Source of the DNA: Marsupella aquatica
Taxonomy: Eukaryota > Plantae > Marchantiophyta
Direction: 5' to 3'
Assembly: GCA_973895155.1 (NCBI GenBank)
Contig: OZ316891.1
Coordinates: 2,865,801 to 2,929,800 of the forward strand
DNA: 64,000 bases
Shown: in pieces, positions 10,521-22,536 of the stretch
Numbering within the stretch: the stretch's first letter is position 1
How the letters are laid out: each line of letters opens with the position of its first letter
Position numbers and translations under genes: made by a program
The notes under the pieces: generated by a model
Databases searched by the model: none
What the model saw: the letters and a program-made list of their open reading frames with translations, nothing else
What the model was told of the DNA's origin: nothing

Positions 10521-13500
10521 ATGGCTCCAAGGTTGCCTCTTCACAACCCATTTAGGATTAGGCATCATGATTCTAAATTGTGGATGCGTGAACAAGCCCG
10601 GGCCGCCCAAGGTAGGAGTAGGAGGATGAGATGCCCATGCACACAGTGCCAAGGATTCAAGTCGTTGAGTTTGAACACTGTGCACCTTCACCTGCTGCGG
10701 CATGAAAGGCACCCTCGGTGGAGGGTTTGGAATGTACCAGCAGAAGAAGACTCCTCTGATGAAGAGTGGAGAGCTGACTTTGTGGATTCTAATACAGCTA
10801 GGCGTAGAGACTACGTAGAGCAGGACATAGACTGTGCAGAGGATGGTCCTGGGGTCCAACATGAGAACGTGGATGACCAAGATGGAGATGCAGAGGCAGT
10901 CACTGAGGACGGTGGGATGGATGTCCCAAGAATGGTTCAAGAGATTTTTGAAGACCTTGATGCTTTTTACGACACAGTGGAATCAGAAGAGGACAATGAA
11001 CCACAGCCACACATTGGCGACGGCCAAGCTCAACCTGACTTTGACATTGGGGAAGGTGCAACAAAGAGGGAGTGGGTGTTTGGGGGCCCAAAACACATCA
11101 AAGAAGCTTGCATTCCTATCTACGAGGGGTCGAACTGCTCCAAGCTGGGTTTTGTCGTGTTGTTGTTGAACATCTGTGGCAATCACAATGTTCCCAATAT
11201 ATTTGTGATAGAGTTGTTGACCTTCCTGCGCTGAAATGTGTTACCAGATGGTAATTCAATTCCAAAAAATATGTACGAGGCTAGGAAATTGATGTCTAAC
11301 CTTGGGCTGAACTATGTGTCTATTGACGCATGCCCTGATGGGTGTGTTCTCTTTCGCAAAGAGCATGCAGATAAATTGACATGCCCTCATTGTGGTAAGC
11401 ACAGGTACAAGAATGTAGGGAAATGTACACACCCTGCCAAGGTTCTTCGTCATTTTCCTCTCATTCCTAGACTACAACGTCTGTTTAGATGCCCTGCCAT
11501 TTCCAAGCTGATGACATGGACTCCTGATAACAAGAGCAGTGATGGCCTGCAGCGTCACATTGGAGATTCCAACCATTGGAAATTTGTTGATGAGAGGTGG
11601 CCACAGTTTGCTGTAGAGAAGCGGAACTTTCGATTTGGTCTATCACTGGATGGAGTAAACCCATTTGGAGACAAAAACAACCGTTATTCATGTTGGCCGG
11701 TTACGCTGCTAAATTACAACCTTCCCCCATGGATGACTACAAAGAGGTTTTTTGTCATGATGGTGCTGTTAATCCCTGGACCAGCTTCTGTGACCGAGCA
11801 ATTCATAGATATCATGTTGGCTCCAGCAGTGGAAGAGTGGAAGACTTTGTGGATAGAAGGGGTGTTAACCCATGATGTTCTGAAGGGGCTTCTTCGACCC
11901 AGCCCCTTTAGACTGCATGCAATTTGTTTGCTGGATATAGCAGATTACCCAGGCCATGGCATCATATCTGGACGAGTGACAAAGGGCTATGTGGGGTGCA
12001 CACCATGTGGGAAAAATGTGACAAGTGAGTGGTCGCATGCCCTGCACAATATGAAATTTCAGGGGCATAGAAGGTATCTGCCTGTTGATCATCCTTACAG
12101 GCACACACGGTCTCAAATTGCACACTTCAACAACAAAACAGAGCTTCGTGGCCCACCACAGAGGGTCACCAGAGAGCAAGTCCTGAGGTGGGCAGCCAGG
12201 AAGGCTGATTGGGACAAGAGAAGTGCCACTGATCGAGAACCTGAGGATCCAGTGGTGAAACACGGTGTGAAAAGACAGACCTTGATGGACTTGGAGTTGG
12301 AGTACTGGAGGGTAATGTACTTAGCCTCCAGCCCCTGTATGATTGCAATTTTAGATTGGAGCAATGGTGGATTGATGTTGGTTACAATCCTCTTATGTGG
12401 TTAATTAGTGTTTATGTTGTTGAATTCTTTGCTTTGTGGAGTGCAGGAATTCGAGCCCAGCAAACACAATGTGGACGTCATGCACATTGAGAAAAATATT
12501 TGTGAGAGCTTGCTGAAGTTCTTGTCGGGTGAGAAAGATACAGGAGCAGTTCGAGCTGATATGCAACAGAAGGGGATTCGCCCTCACCTTTGGTTGAAGC
12601 CCCATGCAAGCAATCCCAATGTACTTCTCAAGTTCCAAGCTCCCTATGTGTGCACACAGGATGAATGGAAGACATTCTTGTATAGATTGAGCTGTCTGAA
12701 AGTGCCCTCTGGCTATGCTGGTGCCTTCAAGAAGCATATTACAAAGAATAAACTTGGCAGTATGAAAACACATGACTACCATGTGTTGATGCAGCACATT
12801 CTGCCCCTATGCCTCAGAGGTCTCATGCAGAAACCAGTCCGTAATGTCATTCTTTGACTGTGCAATGTATTTCGCCGTATATGTGTGAAAGTGTGGGATC
12901 CCCAAGGATTGGAGCAGTTGAAGCAGGATGCTGCTTATGTCCTCTGTGACTTGGAGATATACTTCCCCCCTGCTTTCTTTGATGTTATGACTCATCTCCT
13001 AATCCATGTGGTAGAAGAGCTAGGGCAGTATGGGCCAGTCAGTACCAGATGGATGTACCCTATGGAGCGATACATGAAGTTGTTGAAAGGTCATGTGAGA
13101 ACATACTACAGGCCAGAGGCTTCCATGGCATTGGGGTACATTAAGGATGAGATGTTGGGATTCCTAACAGAGTACATGGCTGGGTCTGGTGAAGCTATGA
13201 CAAGAGTTTGGAAATCTGGTGAAGATGATGGAGTGAGTGGCGAGGTTGTTGAAGGTGTGGGACGTGCTGTTCAGCTGCCTGTTGCGATTCGAGACAAGGC
13301 TCATTCATATGTGCTGGCAAACACAGAGCCTATGCAACCATGGTGGAGGTGAGTGATTGAATTGACTTGCCTTTGTTGTGATGCTTCTTGTCTGTTCCAA
13401 GGGTGATCTTAGGTTGTCATGTGTTGTTTAGACCTAACTATGCCTGTACCTCATATTGCAGGGAATATGATATGCAAAAAGCTGCACACTCTGGGCAGCA

Positions 13501-14221
13501 GGATCCTTTCCCACAGTTCGAGCAGTGGATTCGGGTGACAATTCGAGAGCATAGTAGACATCACCCAGATATGGAGAAGGATTTGTATCTTCTATCTGTG
13601 CCACCACGATTGTCTATTCTGACCTACAAACGGATGAGAGCTTATGGAAATCATTATCGAGTGAGGGATGAGCAGGGTGACCATTGTGTATCATATGATT
13701 GTGGTTTGATTTCTGTGTTTGAGCAGAGAACCTCTAAAGAACAGAGGGGGTGGATGAAGATGGGTTACGTGGGGGAGTTGACCGACATTTGGGTGTTGAA
13801 TTATGGTAACACAAGTGTCCCAGTGATATTGATGAAGGGATCATGGGTGAAATCAGAGTGGCAGAGACCAAGGGCCACCATGAAGTGTGATCATGATGGG
13901 TTCTTGTTGGCCAATTTTAGGTCCAGAGTACCAGAATGGTCTGAGCCTTTTGTTTTCCCTAGCCAAGTTGAACAGGCTTTCTTTGCAGATGTGGAGGAGT
14001 CACATGGCTGGAGGGTGGTATGCCATAGCCAAGCACGGAACAGGCGGATGGATGGAAGTAAAGTAGAGTTCAGTTTGGATGACCATGCTGCATTCGAGCA
14101 TCCTAGTCATGAGACTGTACTTCCAACTCGGGCAGGGACTGACTACATCCCCTTAACATTGAGAGAGACATATGATGAACCTGGGCAAATGGAATATGAT
14201 GAGGTTGATGATTTGCAATAG
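10521..14221 (+). pseudogene. CACTA TnpD-type transposase, spliced, with two in-frame TGA stops
   Basis: RCPCTQC, IDACPDGC, LSLDGVNPF, YNLPPW, DYPGHG, HNVDVMHIEKN, MKTHDYH, FFDVMTHLLIH, WMYPMER, EPFVFPSQVEQAF; introns 12312-12446 and ~13349-13461; stops at 11232 and 12855. Confidence 0.95.
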
Positions 14222-16480
14222 GCAACAGCTGGCGATTGGCAAGTATGAGGTTGAGGATGACTACTTGCACAGAGTCACATAACGGGAATTGCTGCCTAGA
14301 ATGATGTTTAGGATAGTTGGATATGCATGAAATTGATTGATACTTTGAATTTAGTGTGCTGATTCTTCCTGTTTGGTTGTGGGTGCTGTGTAGAAGCTAT
14401 GGGGGAAGAGGGTGATGACATGGAGACAGACATGGGGCTTGGAGAGTGGGGTGAAGAGTAAAGATTGGATATGGATGGAGACCCAGATGCAGGGGGCTCA
14501 CAGAAAAATGCACCTGTGCAAGATGCACAGGGCCCTCATCAAGTCCCAGGTAGGTGGGCAGTTAGAGAGAAATCACATAATCCATACCCTAGAAGGAGCC
14601 AGAGTTATTGGCAAGGGACGCCTGATAATTATGATGATGACTGTGATGGAGCAGAAGATGGATGGGATGAATATGAACACCCAGAGCGTGGTAGAGACGG
14701 GTACAGAGGGCAATGGAAAGGTGAGGAGGATGATTGGACAAGTAAGTGCCTTGTGCTAGTGATTTTGTGATGGTAGTAGAGATTTAGCTCAATATGCACT
14801 TATCTGATGTGTAGCTAGGGCAAAGAGTTTATCTTACAGGTCCATGAGTGTGGCATGTACCTGTTGGTATGCAGACTCTGATTGGGACAATCACGAAAAC
14901 AACAAAGGCCATCCACGTTCAGATAGGAGGCAATCATTCACAGGCGGGAGAAACGCCCCTAATTCATCAAGACAAAGCAATAGGACAGGTGGTCCAGAAC
15001 CATCTATGCGCCAAGGGAGAGGTAACTTGGTCATTGCAGAATTGCTCTGAAGTCCACTGTATATTTGGCAGCGGGATTTATGATTCATACTTACCTAATG
15101 TAAGTGATTGTAAATGGATCTTGTAAATGTGCAGGGACTCCAGGGAGGTTTGGACAATGCAATCCAGGCCGTGGGGGGAGATCAGGCCGTGGAGGGACCC
15201 CAGGCCGTGGGGGGACACCAGGCCGTGGAGGGACACCTAGTAGCGCTTCAGGGAGTACCAAGGCAGGAGACAGTAACAAATTTGGTAAAGTAGAAGTGAA
15301 TTCCGAAGGTTGGATAACTCCCACATGTGATGGTAAGAACCGTTGGCATTCTGACCTAAGAGGAGAAGTATTGCGTTGGTTAGATTTGAGCATTACAGAG
15401 TTTAGGAGTCAGAACAAAGCTGATTGGGCTGCTATCTGCAAGGACATTCTTGAATGGTGGGAGTATGTTGGTAATGATGGTAAGGGCCCAGTTGAAGATT
15501 GCATATCAGATTATGCAATGAGGATTTTGAAACAAGAGAGGCATAGGTTGAAAAGGATGTGGATAGACAATGGTTCTAACAGGAGAATGCCACCACCCCC
15601 ATCATTGGAACTGGATCAATGGACACGGTTAATCAAAGGGTTCATGTCGGAGGCTGCACAGAGCAAGAGTGAACTGATGTCAAATGCTCGAGGCAAAGTG
15701 AAACACCTTTCACAGGCTGGGAGAGGAAGTTATGCTCCAGTGAAAGAACAATTGGTAAGGCAGTGACATGCCTGATAGTAAGCCTCAAACTTATCATCTT
15801 GCTACCATTATTACATTTTCATTGACAATCAACACTTGGTTTCATTCATATGTATGTTGATGTGGACTGCAGAAGAAATTGATAGGTGAAGAACCATCAG
15901 CACAAGAAGTGAGAGAGGAGTTCATGAAACAAAGGAGTGAGGTGACAAGTGTAACTTCCAAACAGGTGATTATGTTGTAATTCTGTATGTTCTGTGACTA
16001 TTTGGCCTTGAGCATCAGAAAGAAATGTAGTAGGAAGTAAGCAACCAGTTCTTAGGGACAGTTATCTGAGATATGTAAGCTGTGTTATGACAGGGAACTG
16101 TTACAACTCTCACAGAGATGTGTGTGACGCCGCCGGTACGGCGGTTAATGAGTGATTCAGTCTAACTGCGCTCAGCACGCGCGTTAGGTGGGTCTTAGGC
16201 CGCTATTATTAGCCTAACGACAGTATTTAGGTAATCATTAGGGGTAGGACATCATTAGGCAATAAGGGGGACTTCAGGTTCGGGCTGGCGGCGGGTCGCT
16301 ATTCGCACACCCGGGTTATGAGCATGGAGGGGCCCCTCCCTCGGGTCCGTATAACGAACTTAAGGAAGCGGCCACTGACGCACGCTGACTCAGACCGGCG
16401 GAGTGGCCGGTACACCACAAGCGTGAGCAGTTCAACCTATGGGCGTCGAGGAGACGTCGGGGATCGACAAGCCCTCAAAG

Positions 16481-16487
16481 TATAAAA
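16481..16487 (+). promoter_or_regulatory. TATA box (TATAAAA) ~100 bp upstream of the LTR ORF
   Basis: Kept in the 3' LTR (~26572) and in the diverged solo LTR (minus strand, ~62420-62426). Confidence 0.7.
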
Positions 16488-16588
16488 GGGGAGCCAACCC
16501 TTTGTAGTGCACCAGTCCATCAGTCCGCGCGCCAGCTTCGACCCCAGCTCTCTCGTTCTCTCTAGGTCGCCACTACTATCTCCTCTGA

Positions 16589-19231
16589 ATGTCGCACACG
16601 ATCCTCTCCAGCTCGGCCATTCGATTCTGGACGCAGTTCCTATCTACCGGAAGGCACTTGGCCGATTCATTGAAACACGCCAACCCGCGCCGATACGAGA
16701 TCGAACGCGAATACGAGAGAGCCATCCGCCTAGCAGGACGACACCACTACGTCCTTAACTTTGACTACCCGTCTCAGAGCGAGCTTTACCGACCAGCTGA
16801 GGTATCTGGGTACTTCTTTGACGGAGACAAATATATCGGGTTCTGGGAAGCATTGCTTCGGCTTCCGGACGAGGTCTTCAATATCCCGGGTACAATCGAC
16901 CTGCAGCGACATCACTTTGACCACATCCCTGCCCAGGTTCGGGCAGTCATTAACGGCGAGTCCAATACCAACCGTTCGACAAGGGCGTCCGCACTCGCTT
17001 CGGAGAACTTCTACCAGCACCTACAGAGCTTCATGGGAACTCGGCCATCAACCAACATGACCAACTCAGCCGGACCCGTACCCGTACCCGTACCCGTGCC
17101 CATGCAACCTCAGCTTCAGCTTCAGCCTCAGCCGCAGCCTAGCCAAACCCCACCACCTATCACCCAGCCAACACAGGTACGCTCCGTCATCAACGCTGTG
17201 GATCTTAGCGATGACGACGAGGCTACCCCACCCTTGACCAGGTGGCCCAGAGGAACAAGCGCTCGGGGGGCCGACACTATATCGTCCCCACCCCCTGCTC
17301 TGACCCCAGGAGCGGCCCCAGCAGACAACATGGTGACCGTGGCCGCCCCGCGCCCGTTACCAACCGCAGTGGCACTCCCCAGGCCCGATCGGGAGGATGG
17401 GGAAGTATCACCTTCCCCGAGTCAGTCACGGGGAAAGAAGAGGAAGGAATCCGCCAGTGCATCCGGGTTACCGTTGGCCACGGTAGCCGTAGCCAAGGTA
17501 ACGATGCATCGCATGGGGGAAAACGTTCACAGCAACATCCTCCATCCCAAGCATGCGGTGTACCTGAAGACTCAGGGATTTGAGCACCTCGCCTCTCTCC
17601 CCTGGAACACTTGCAGGTACTACGGGGAGGACATGACAGAATTCGTCAAGAATTATGACGACGTACGTCAACAGACTCGGCTGCGGGGAAGGAATATGTC
17701 CCTCACAGAAGAACGGCTCAAGATGATCTTCGGGTTACCCGAAGGTGACCATCGAGTCGAATCACGGGCTCCCGGGGGCAAGGGGGCCAAGTACCAATCT
17801 TCAAGTTTTCCCTCAGAGGGATCAGTAGACAACGGGTTCGTGATGAGGACCTGCCTCATGCCCGAGATAGCTGAGCGGCTGGAGTTCCAGAGGTACGCTC
17901 TCCACATGATGGAACCCCGGGGGGAGATCTCCGCCGCCCAGGTCATCCAGGTCGAGAACTATCGACCTAGGAAGTGGGCGTCGTACTTCGCTAAGAAATT
18001 CCATGAAGAGATGAAGCGGCGAAGGAAGACGCTGTACATTGGCGGGAAGGCGTATTTCGCTAGCCACATCGAAATCATTCTTGAGTGGTACGCCCGGTTT
18101 GATCGACGAACCCTTCCCCGCATCAACGTTACAAAGCTGGTCCCAGCTAGGTGGGTTTTTCCGGCATTGGAGAGACGGCCCCAACCCGAGGCCCGAAGTC
18201 CAGTGGACACGCTAGCTTCACCCACCCCACCTCCACAAATAGCTGTAATCGTAACCGAGGAGGCGCCGGAGGGGTCGGTCGTCGCAACCGTTGATGCGAC
18301 CCAACTAGCCGGGCTAAGTACAGAAGTTGGTACGGCAGAGGTCTTACCCGAACCCGGGTCTCCCAAGGACCCGCCGGTGGCAATTCCGGAGAACCGGACA
18401 TCGCTGCAGGAGGATACTCCGGCCCCTTCCAACGTTATGTCCCCAGGGCTGGACGTCACTGCCCTGGCCCCTGCGCGTGTTGATGTCTGCCCGTGCCCAA
18501 ATCCGGACAGGCACAACTTGGACCACCCGGAACTCTTCGTACAGGGTACGTTTCTGAACGGGCTTCTGGGAGATTTCTCTCATCAAATTGCCCGGGATAC
18601 CGGGGAGTTCATGGCTCGGAAGGTAGCCTGTTTCTTCAATCAGGAGTTGGTTGCCGCCGTAAAGGCAGGGCGGGCCCAGTCGGAGGCCCTTCAGAGGATA
18701 GAGCGGTACCGGGTGGAGTCCGTGTACCTAAAGAACGAAGTGGCGGCTCAAGAGGCTGAGCTTCTGCAACTACAACCCAAGGTTGCAGCCGCCGATGAGT
18801 TGTTAGCAAAGGCGTACGCTCTTACCGCCCTAGCCGAACAGGCCAAAGCTAGGAACGAGGCCGAGATTACACGACTCCGGAACCAGATTGACAGTTTGAA
18901 GAAACAAGCTGTCACCTGGCAGAAAGACCTGGAGGAGGCCGAGGAGCGAGCCCAGCGGGACGCAACGGAGATAGCCACGCTGCAGGCCGAGATGGCGCGG
19001 CTCCAAACCGAGGCCGAGAAGCAGGACCAGCTGGCGAGTAAACTGGCGAGCGACGCCCAGCAGCTGGAGGAGGCATGTCAGGAGGCAGCAGAGGAGACGG
19101 ACGTGGCGAGGCGAGAGAACGAATCTCTGCTGGACCAGGTCCAGCTCCTCAAAGCGGACAATGACAGGCTTCGAAGGCAGCGGGATGGCCGTTCCCATTC
19201 GGGCGGCTCTGGCAAGCGTGCCAGGCATTAG
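16589..19231 (+). CDS. LTR-encoded 880-aa protein: N-terminal domain, Pro/Gln linker, NLS, PMD/Athila-extra-ORF-like core, coiled coil, basic tail
   Basis: Intact ATG-to-TAG ORF entirely inside the LTR; GKKRK NLS; core EFVKNYD...RLRGRNMSLTEERLKMIFGLPEG; heptad-rich C-terminal ~190 aa. Confidence 0.9.
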   Translation: MSHTILSSSAIRFWTQFLSTGRHLADSLKHANPRRYEIEREYERAIRLAGRHHYVLNFDYPSQSELYRPAEVSGYFFDGDKYIGFWEALLRLPDEVFNIPGTIDLQRHHFDHIPAQVRAVINGESNTNRSTRASALASENFYQHLQSFMGTRPSTNMTNSAGPVPVPVPVPMQPQLQLQPQPQPSQTPPPITQPTQVRSVINAVDLSDDDEATPPLTRWPRGTSARGADTISSPPPALTPGAAPADNMVTVAAPRPLPTAVALPRPDREDGEVSPSPSQSRGKKRKESASASGLPLATVAVAKVTMHRMGENVHSNILHPKHAVYLKTQGFEHLASLPWNTCRYYGEDMTEFVKNYDDVRQQTRLRGRNMSLTEERLKMIFGLPEGDHRVESRAPGGKGAKYQSSSFPSEGSVDNGFVMRTCLMPEIAERLEFQRYALHMMEPRGEISAAQVIQVENYRPRKWASYFAKKFHEEMKRRRKTLYIGGKAYFASHIEIILEWYARFDRRTLPRINVTKLVPARWVFPALERRPQPEARSPVDTLASPTPPPQIAVIVTEEAPEGSVVATVDATQLAGLSTEVGTAEVLPEPGSPKDPPVAIPENRTSLQEDTPAPSNVMSPGLDVTALAPARVDVCPCPNPDRHNLDHPELFVQGTFLNGLLGDFSHQIARDTGEFMARKVACFFNQELVAAVKAGRAQSEALQRIERYRVESVYLKNEVAAQEAELLQLQPKVAAADELLAKAYALTALAEQAKARNEAEITRLRNQIDSLKKQAVTWQKDLEEAEERAQRDATEIATLQAEMARLQTEAEKQDQLASKLASDAQQLEEACQEAAEETDVARRENESLLDQVQLLKADNDRLRRQRDGRSHSGGSGKRARH

Positions 19232-20142
19232 CGGCGGAGTAGGAATAGATTAGGATTAGGATTGGCTTAGTCAGGCTCTTGGGACAGGCACCTACCTTAG
19301 GTACGGCAGCGCTGCCCTGCTGTCCAGCCTGCGTAGATTAGGATCTTCTAATAAGACACAGCTGTTTTCCGGCCTGACTGTCAGCTTAGTTAGGACCTTG
19401 GTCAGCGAATCTTCGGCGGGAGGACACCCCGTTCCTCGGCTCTTAGTATTTAGTGCACCCCTCGGTAGAGGCAGGGGGGGTTTTTAGTTTCAGAGTCGGA
19501 CATCCGCGGGACATGCGGGGAGTCCCGACCTCTGGGAATGACAGAGTACCAAGGGGAGGGGGTAGGATTAAGCTTGCCGGGCGAGTGCGGAGCCGGGCTC
19601 CGTTGTAGTGTGCACCCTTGGCCTTGAACCTGTGCATTCCAGGGCTGTCGTGTCAACTAAGTGTACGCATATGTTCCCTTTGTAGTAAAAATCCTTTCCC
19701 ATCATTTTTCCTTCGTGTAAATCGAGATTGTATGCATGTGTGCGCATATGTGTGTGGGTTTCTCGTATATGGGTGGCAGCGCCGGGCCGAACGCACTACC
19801 CGAGACGTGCACAGGGTGCAGCCTGCGGGTAAGTGGTTGCGAGCACGGGTTGAGGACCTGTATCATCAAATCCGGATCGAAGGCGGACAGCACGAAGGCT
19901 TAGAAGCCCTTAAGCCGGGGTCGATCCTGCTATCGACTAGGGTACGTTCCGGCGGCGGAACACAAACCATACCTAGGAGGTGTCCGTATTTAGCAGTATG
20001 CGCACTTAGCGCTAGTTTACGAGAATAAGGTGCATTACGTGCTTCCCTTCCTGCCCGAACCCTCAGATTTACGAGGGATGTGCCCGTCTAAGTTGAAGTC
20101 TGAGTTAAGGCCGAAGCCTACGACGTGACATAGCCTTTGTTT

Positions 20143-20160
20143 TGGCGCTAGATGGAGGGG
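20143..20160 (+). promoter_or_regulatory. Putative primer-binding site TGGCGCTAGATGGAGGGG
   Basis: TGG-start motif 12 nt after the 5' LTR, resembling Tat/OTA-type PBSs; cognate tRNA not determined. Confidence 0.6.
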
Positions 20161-20253
20161 GCACTCTACATATCGTAGAGGGGAGACATGTGCGTATTCA
20201 CCTAGGCAGGATACATCAGGACGTGGTACTAACCATTGCATTTATATGAGTAA

Positions 20254-22536
20254 ATGCCCGTCACTCGTTCTCAAGCAGCTTACTTGAGGAGATTGACCAG
20301 CGAACGAGAAAGTGCAACCACAACAAGCTCCGACTCGTCGGGCTCGGAGGACTCACAATCGTCCCGACGTATGAACATACCCCCGGGATCTTCGGGGTCC
20401 GGTTCGACCGGCCCTGCTGCGGTTCCACCACCACCACCACCACCACCTATGGCAGCCGCTCCACCAGTGGCCCGCGCTGCTCAGGCGCCTCCACAAATAT
20501 CGCAACGATCGCGATTTCATTATCAACCTTTCAAAGGGCGTCATGGGGATGATCCGGATGAATGGTTGGATGAGTTTGAAGCCACTGCTAAAGCTAATGG
20601 GGAAGACGCCATTAAGCTAACCGTCCTCCCGGGAGTAATGCGGGGAGAAGCTCGTCCATGGTACAACTCGTTACCACCCGGGACTACCTGGGCACAATTC
20701 CAAGCTGCATTGCTGCAGGAGTTTTGTGCCATTGGATCAGAACAACGTTCTCTATTAAAGATTGGCCAGCTTCGCATGGAAAAAAAAGAGTCCCTGCGGA
20801 AGTTCATTCAGAAGTTTCAGAAACTTGCGGCCAAGATCCGGCCCAGGCCAGGAGACGCGCTCCAGCTTACATGGTTCCTTCATGGTTTGCCCACGAATAT
20901 GCAATTCTGGGTACGCCAGAATAATCCAATTTCAATGCAGGCGGCCATAGCGTGCGCCGAAACTTACCGGGAGTCCACCTATAACTCCCGGCGGAGCCAG
21001 CGAGCACGCCGTAGGAAGGGTAAGTACGAAACCTTCAGTGACAGTGACTCCGAATCGGACGACGAGAGGAAGAAGAAACGGAAGAAGAAGAAGAAACATC
21101 GTTCGACCTCGTCCAGCTCCAAGACGGAATCCAGTTCGGATTCAGCTTCAAGCATCGGATCCTCTACCTCCAGTTCATCAGGAAGTGACTTGGAGAGCGA
21201 AAGCCGGAGCAAAAAGAAGAAGAGACGAGTGAAGAAGGAGGGGAAGATTAAACCCCGGGCACGAAGAACGATACCAGATCCAAAGGCTGCCGAAGCAGAC
21301 AAGCTGAACGAAATCACGGATCGACTCAAAGCACTGTCAGTACATCTTGCGGAGAAGCCGGTGGAGAAGAAGAAGCCATCTGAGATTCGAGCCCATGCGT
21401 GGTGTTCAAAGTGCTTCCAATCCGGCCATGTGGTGCAGGAATGCCCAAGGTGGAAGAACCGAGTTCACCAAGTAGAGCTGGATGATGTTGACAACCCGGG
21501 CCCCGAATCGGAGTCCACGGAGTATTTCTTTGAGGACCCTCCTGATTCCGTGTACCAGATTTCAACGGTTGGTCCGCGTAATTTAGCGGGTAGAACTGCG
21601 TACCCCTACCCAAGTAATGGCCAGAGTTTCCAGGTTATCAGTAACCCGAGCATCCCTCCTAAGCCAGGGATTTGGCGGTCCCCGGTTTGTTACAACTGTG
21701 AAAAGCCAGGACACTTTGCGAGGGAATGCACCGAACCAAGACGTCAGGGAGATGGCCGAGGCACCCCACTATGTCAAGTTTGCAAAATGGAGGCTCATTC
21801 CACGGCCAACTGTCCGTTGGTAATCGCTGCTCGAACGAGTGCGGCTAGACCGGCCCAGGCTGGACCAGTCACGAGCGATGCAGTCGTCCAAATGATTGCT
21901 GTAGAATGGCAAGATGACAACACCGAGTGGGTGAATCTGGTGGACGTGGCGGAACACCCTAATCCATTGGATGAGGCCGAGTGCTACCGAGTGTCGACAA
22001 GGGCCGAACAGAAGGAAGAAAAGACGGAGGAGAAACGGAGGAAAAAGCAAGATACTACTCCGGTGCAGCCAGCGATAAATATACCCCCGGAAAAGGACGA
22101 TGACTACCGACGGGACAACCCGAAGCTATTTTTCCCCCGCATCGAAGAATTGGTAAAGAAACAGTTGGAGGCTTACGAAGCTCGGGAATACCAGAAGGCA
22201 ATCGATAAGGACATCAAAGCAGCCGAGACAGCCCGGCGTCAGGAGCAAGAAAAGCAAGATAAACAAGAGGAAGCCAAGCAGCAGCCAACGAAAGAAACAA
22301 AGGAGGACTATGATATTAAGGAGGACGTGAAGAGTTGCCCGGTTACAGCGACGGTGGGGCAACTGCTGCAGAACAACCCACAGTACAGACGACAACTGAG
22401 GGAGTTGCTCATGGGTCGCCGAAGGAGAAGACTACCCCGAGTTGGGAGTGCGGACTGCAACATGATATGCGAGGACCTTGGAGCGCCGACATCTCGATCG
22501 AAATTAATAACTGTACCATCAAGATGGTCCTTGTAG
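20254..22536 (+). CDS. gag: Gypsy Gag with three CCHC knuckles (frame shifts to pol near 22485)
   Basis: PFKGRHGDDPDEWL...GEARPWY...LRMEKKESLRKFIQKF...WFLHGL capsid-like region; CSKCFQSGHVVQEC, CYNCEKPGHFAREC, CQVCKMEAHSTANC. Confidence 0.9.
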   Translation: MPVTRSQAAYLRRLTSERESATTTSSDSSGSEDSQSSRRMNIPPGSSGSGSTGPAAVPPPPPPPPMAAAPPVARAAQAPPQISQRSRFHYQPFKGRHGDDPDEWLDEFEATAKANGEDAIKLTVLPGVMRGEARPWYNSLPPGTTWAQFQAALLQEFCAIGSEQRSLLKIGQLRMEKKESLRKFIQKFQKLAAKIRPRPGDALQLTWFLHGLPTNMQFWVRQNNPISMQAAIACAETYRESTYNSRRSQRARRRKGKYETFSDSDSESDDERKKKRKKKKKHRSTSSSSKTESSSDSASSIGSSTSSSSGSDLESESRSKKKKRRVKKEGKIKPRARRTIPDPKAAEADKLNEITDRLKALSVHLAEKPVEKKKPSEIRAHAWCSKCFQSGHVVQECPRWKNRVHQVELDDVDNPGPESESTEYFFEDPPDSVYQISTVGPRNLAGRTAYPYPSNGQSFQVISNPSIPPKPGIWRSPVCYNCEKPGHFARECTEPRRQGDGRGTPLCQVCKMEAHSTANCPLVIAARTSAARPAQAGPVTSDAVVQMIAVEWQDDNTEWVNLVDVAEHPNPLDEAECYRVSTRAEQKEEKTEEKRRKKQDTTPVQPAINIPPEKDDDYRRDNPKLFFPRIEELVKKQLEAYEAREYQKAIDKDIKAAETARRQEQEKQDKQEEAKQQPTKETKEDYDIKEDVKSCPVTATVGQLLQNNPQYRRQLRELLMGRRRRRLPRVGSADCNMICEDLGAPTSRSKLITVPSRWSL

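Larger units (their letters stand above)
16123..20130 (+). repeat. 5' LTR (4008 bp)
   Basis: About 99% identical by eye to 26214-30214; TG...CA ends. Confidence 0.97.

Noticed and set aside
16589-19231. LTR ORF as a retroviral-type envelope protein
   Set aside because: No signal peptide or transmembrane segment seen; NLS-like motifs and a coiled coil suggest a soluble nuclear protein.
22335-22536. Programmed -1 gag-pol frameshift
   Set aside because: No slippery heptamer seen at the switch (~22485), which falls within the pre-protease motif; a 1-nt deletion is simpler.
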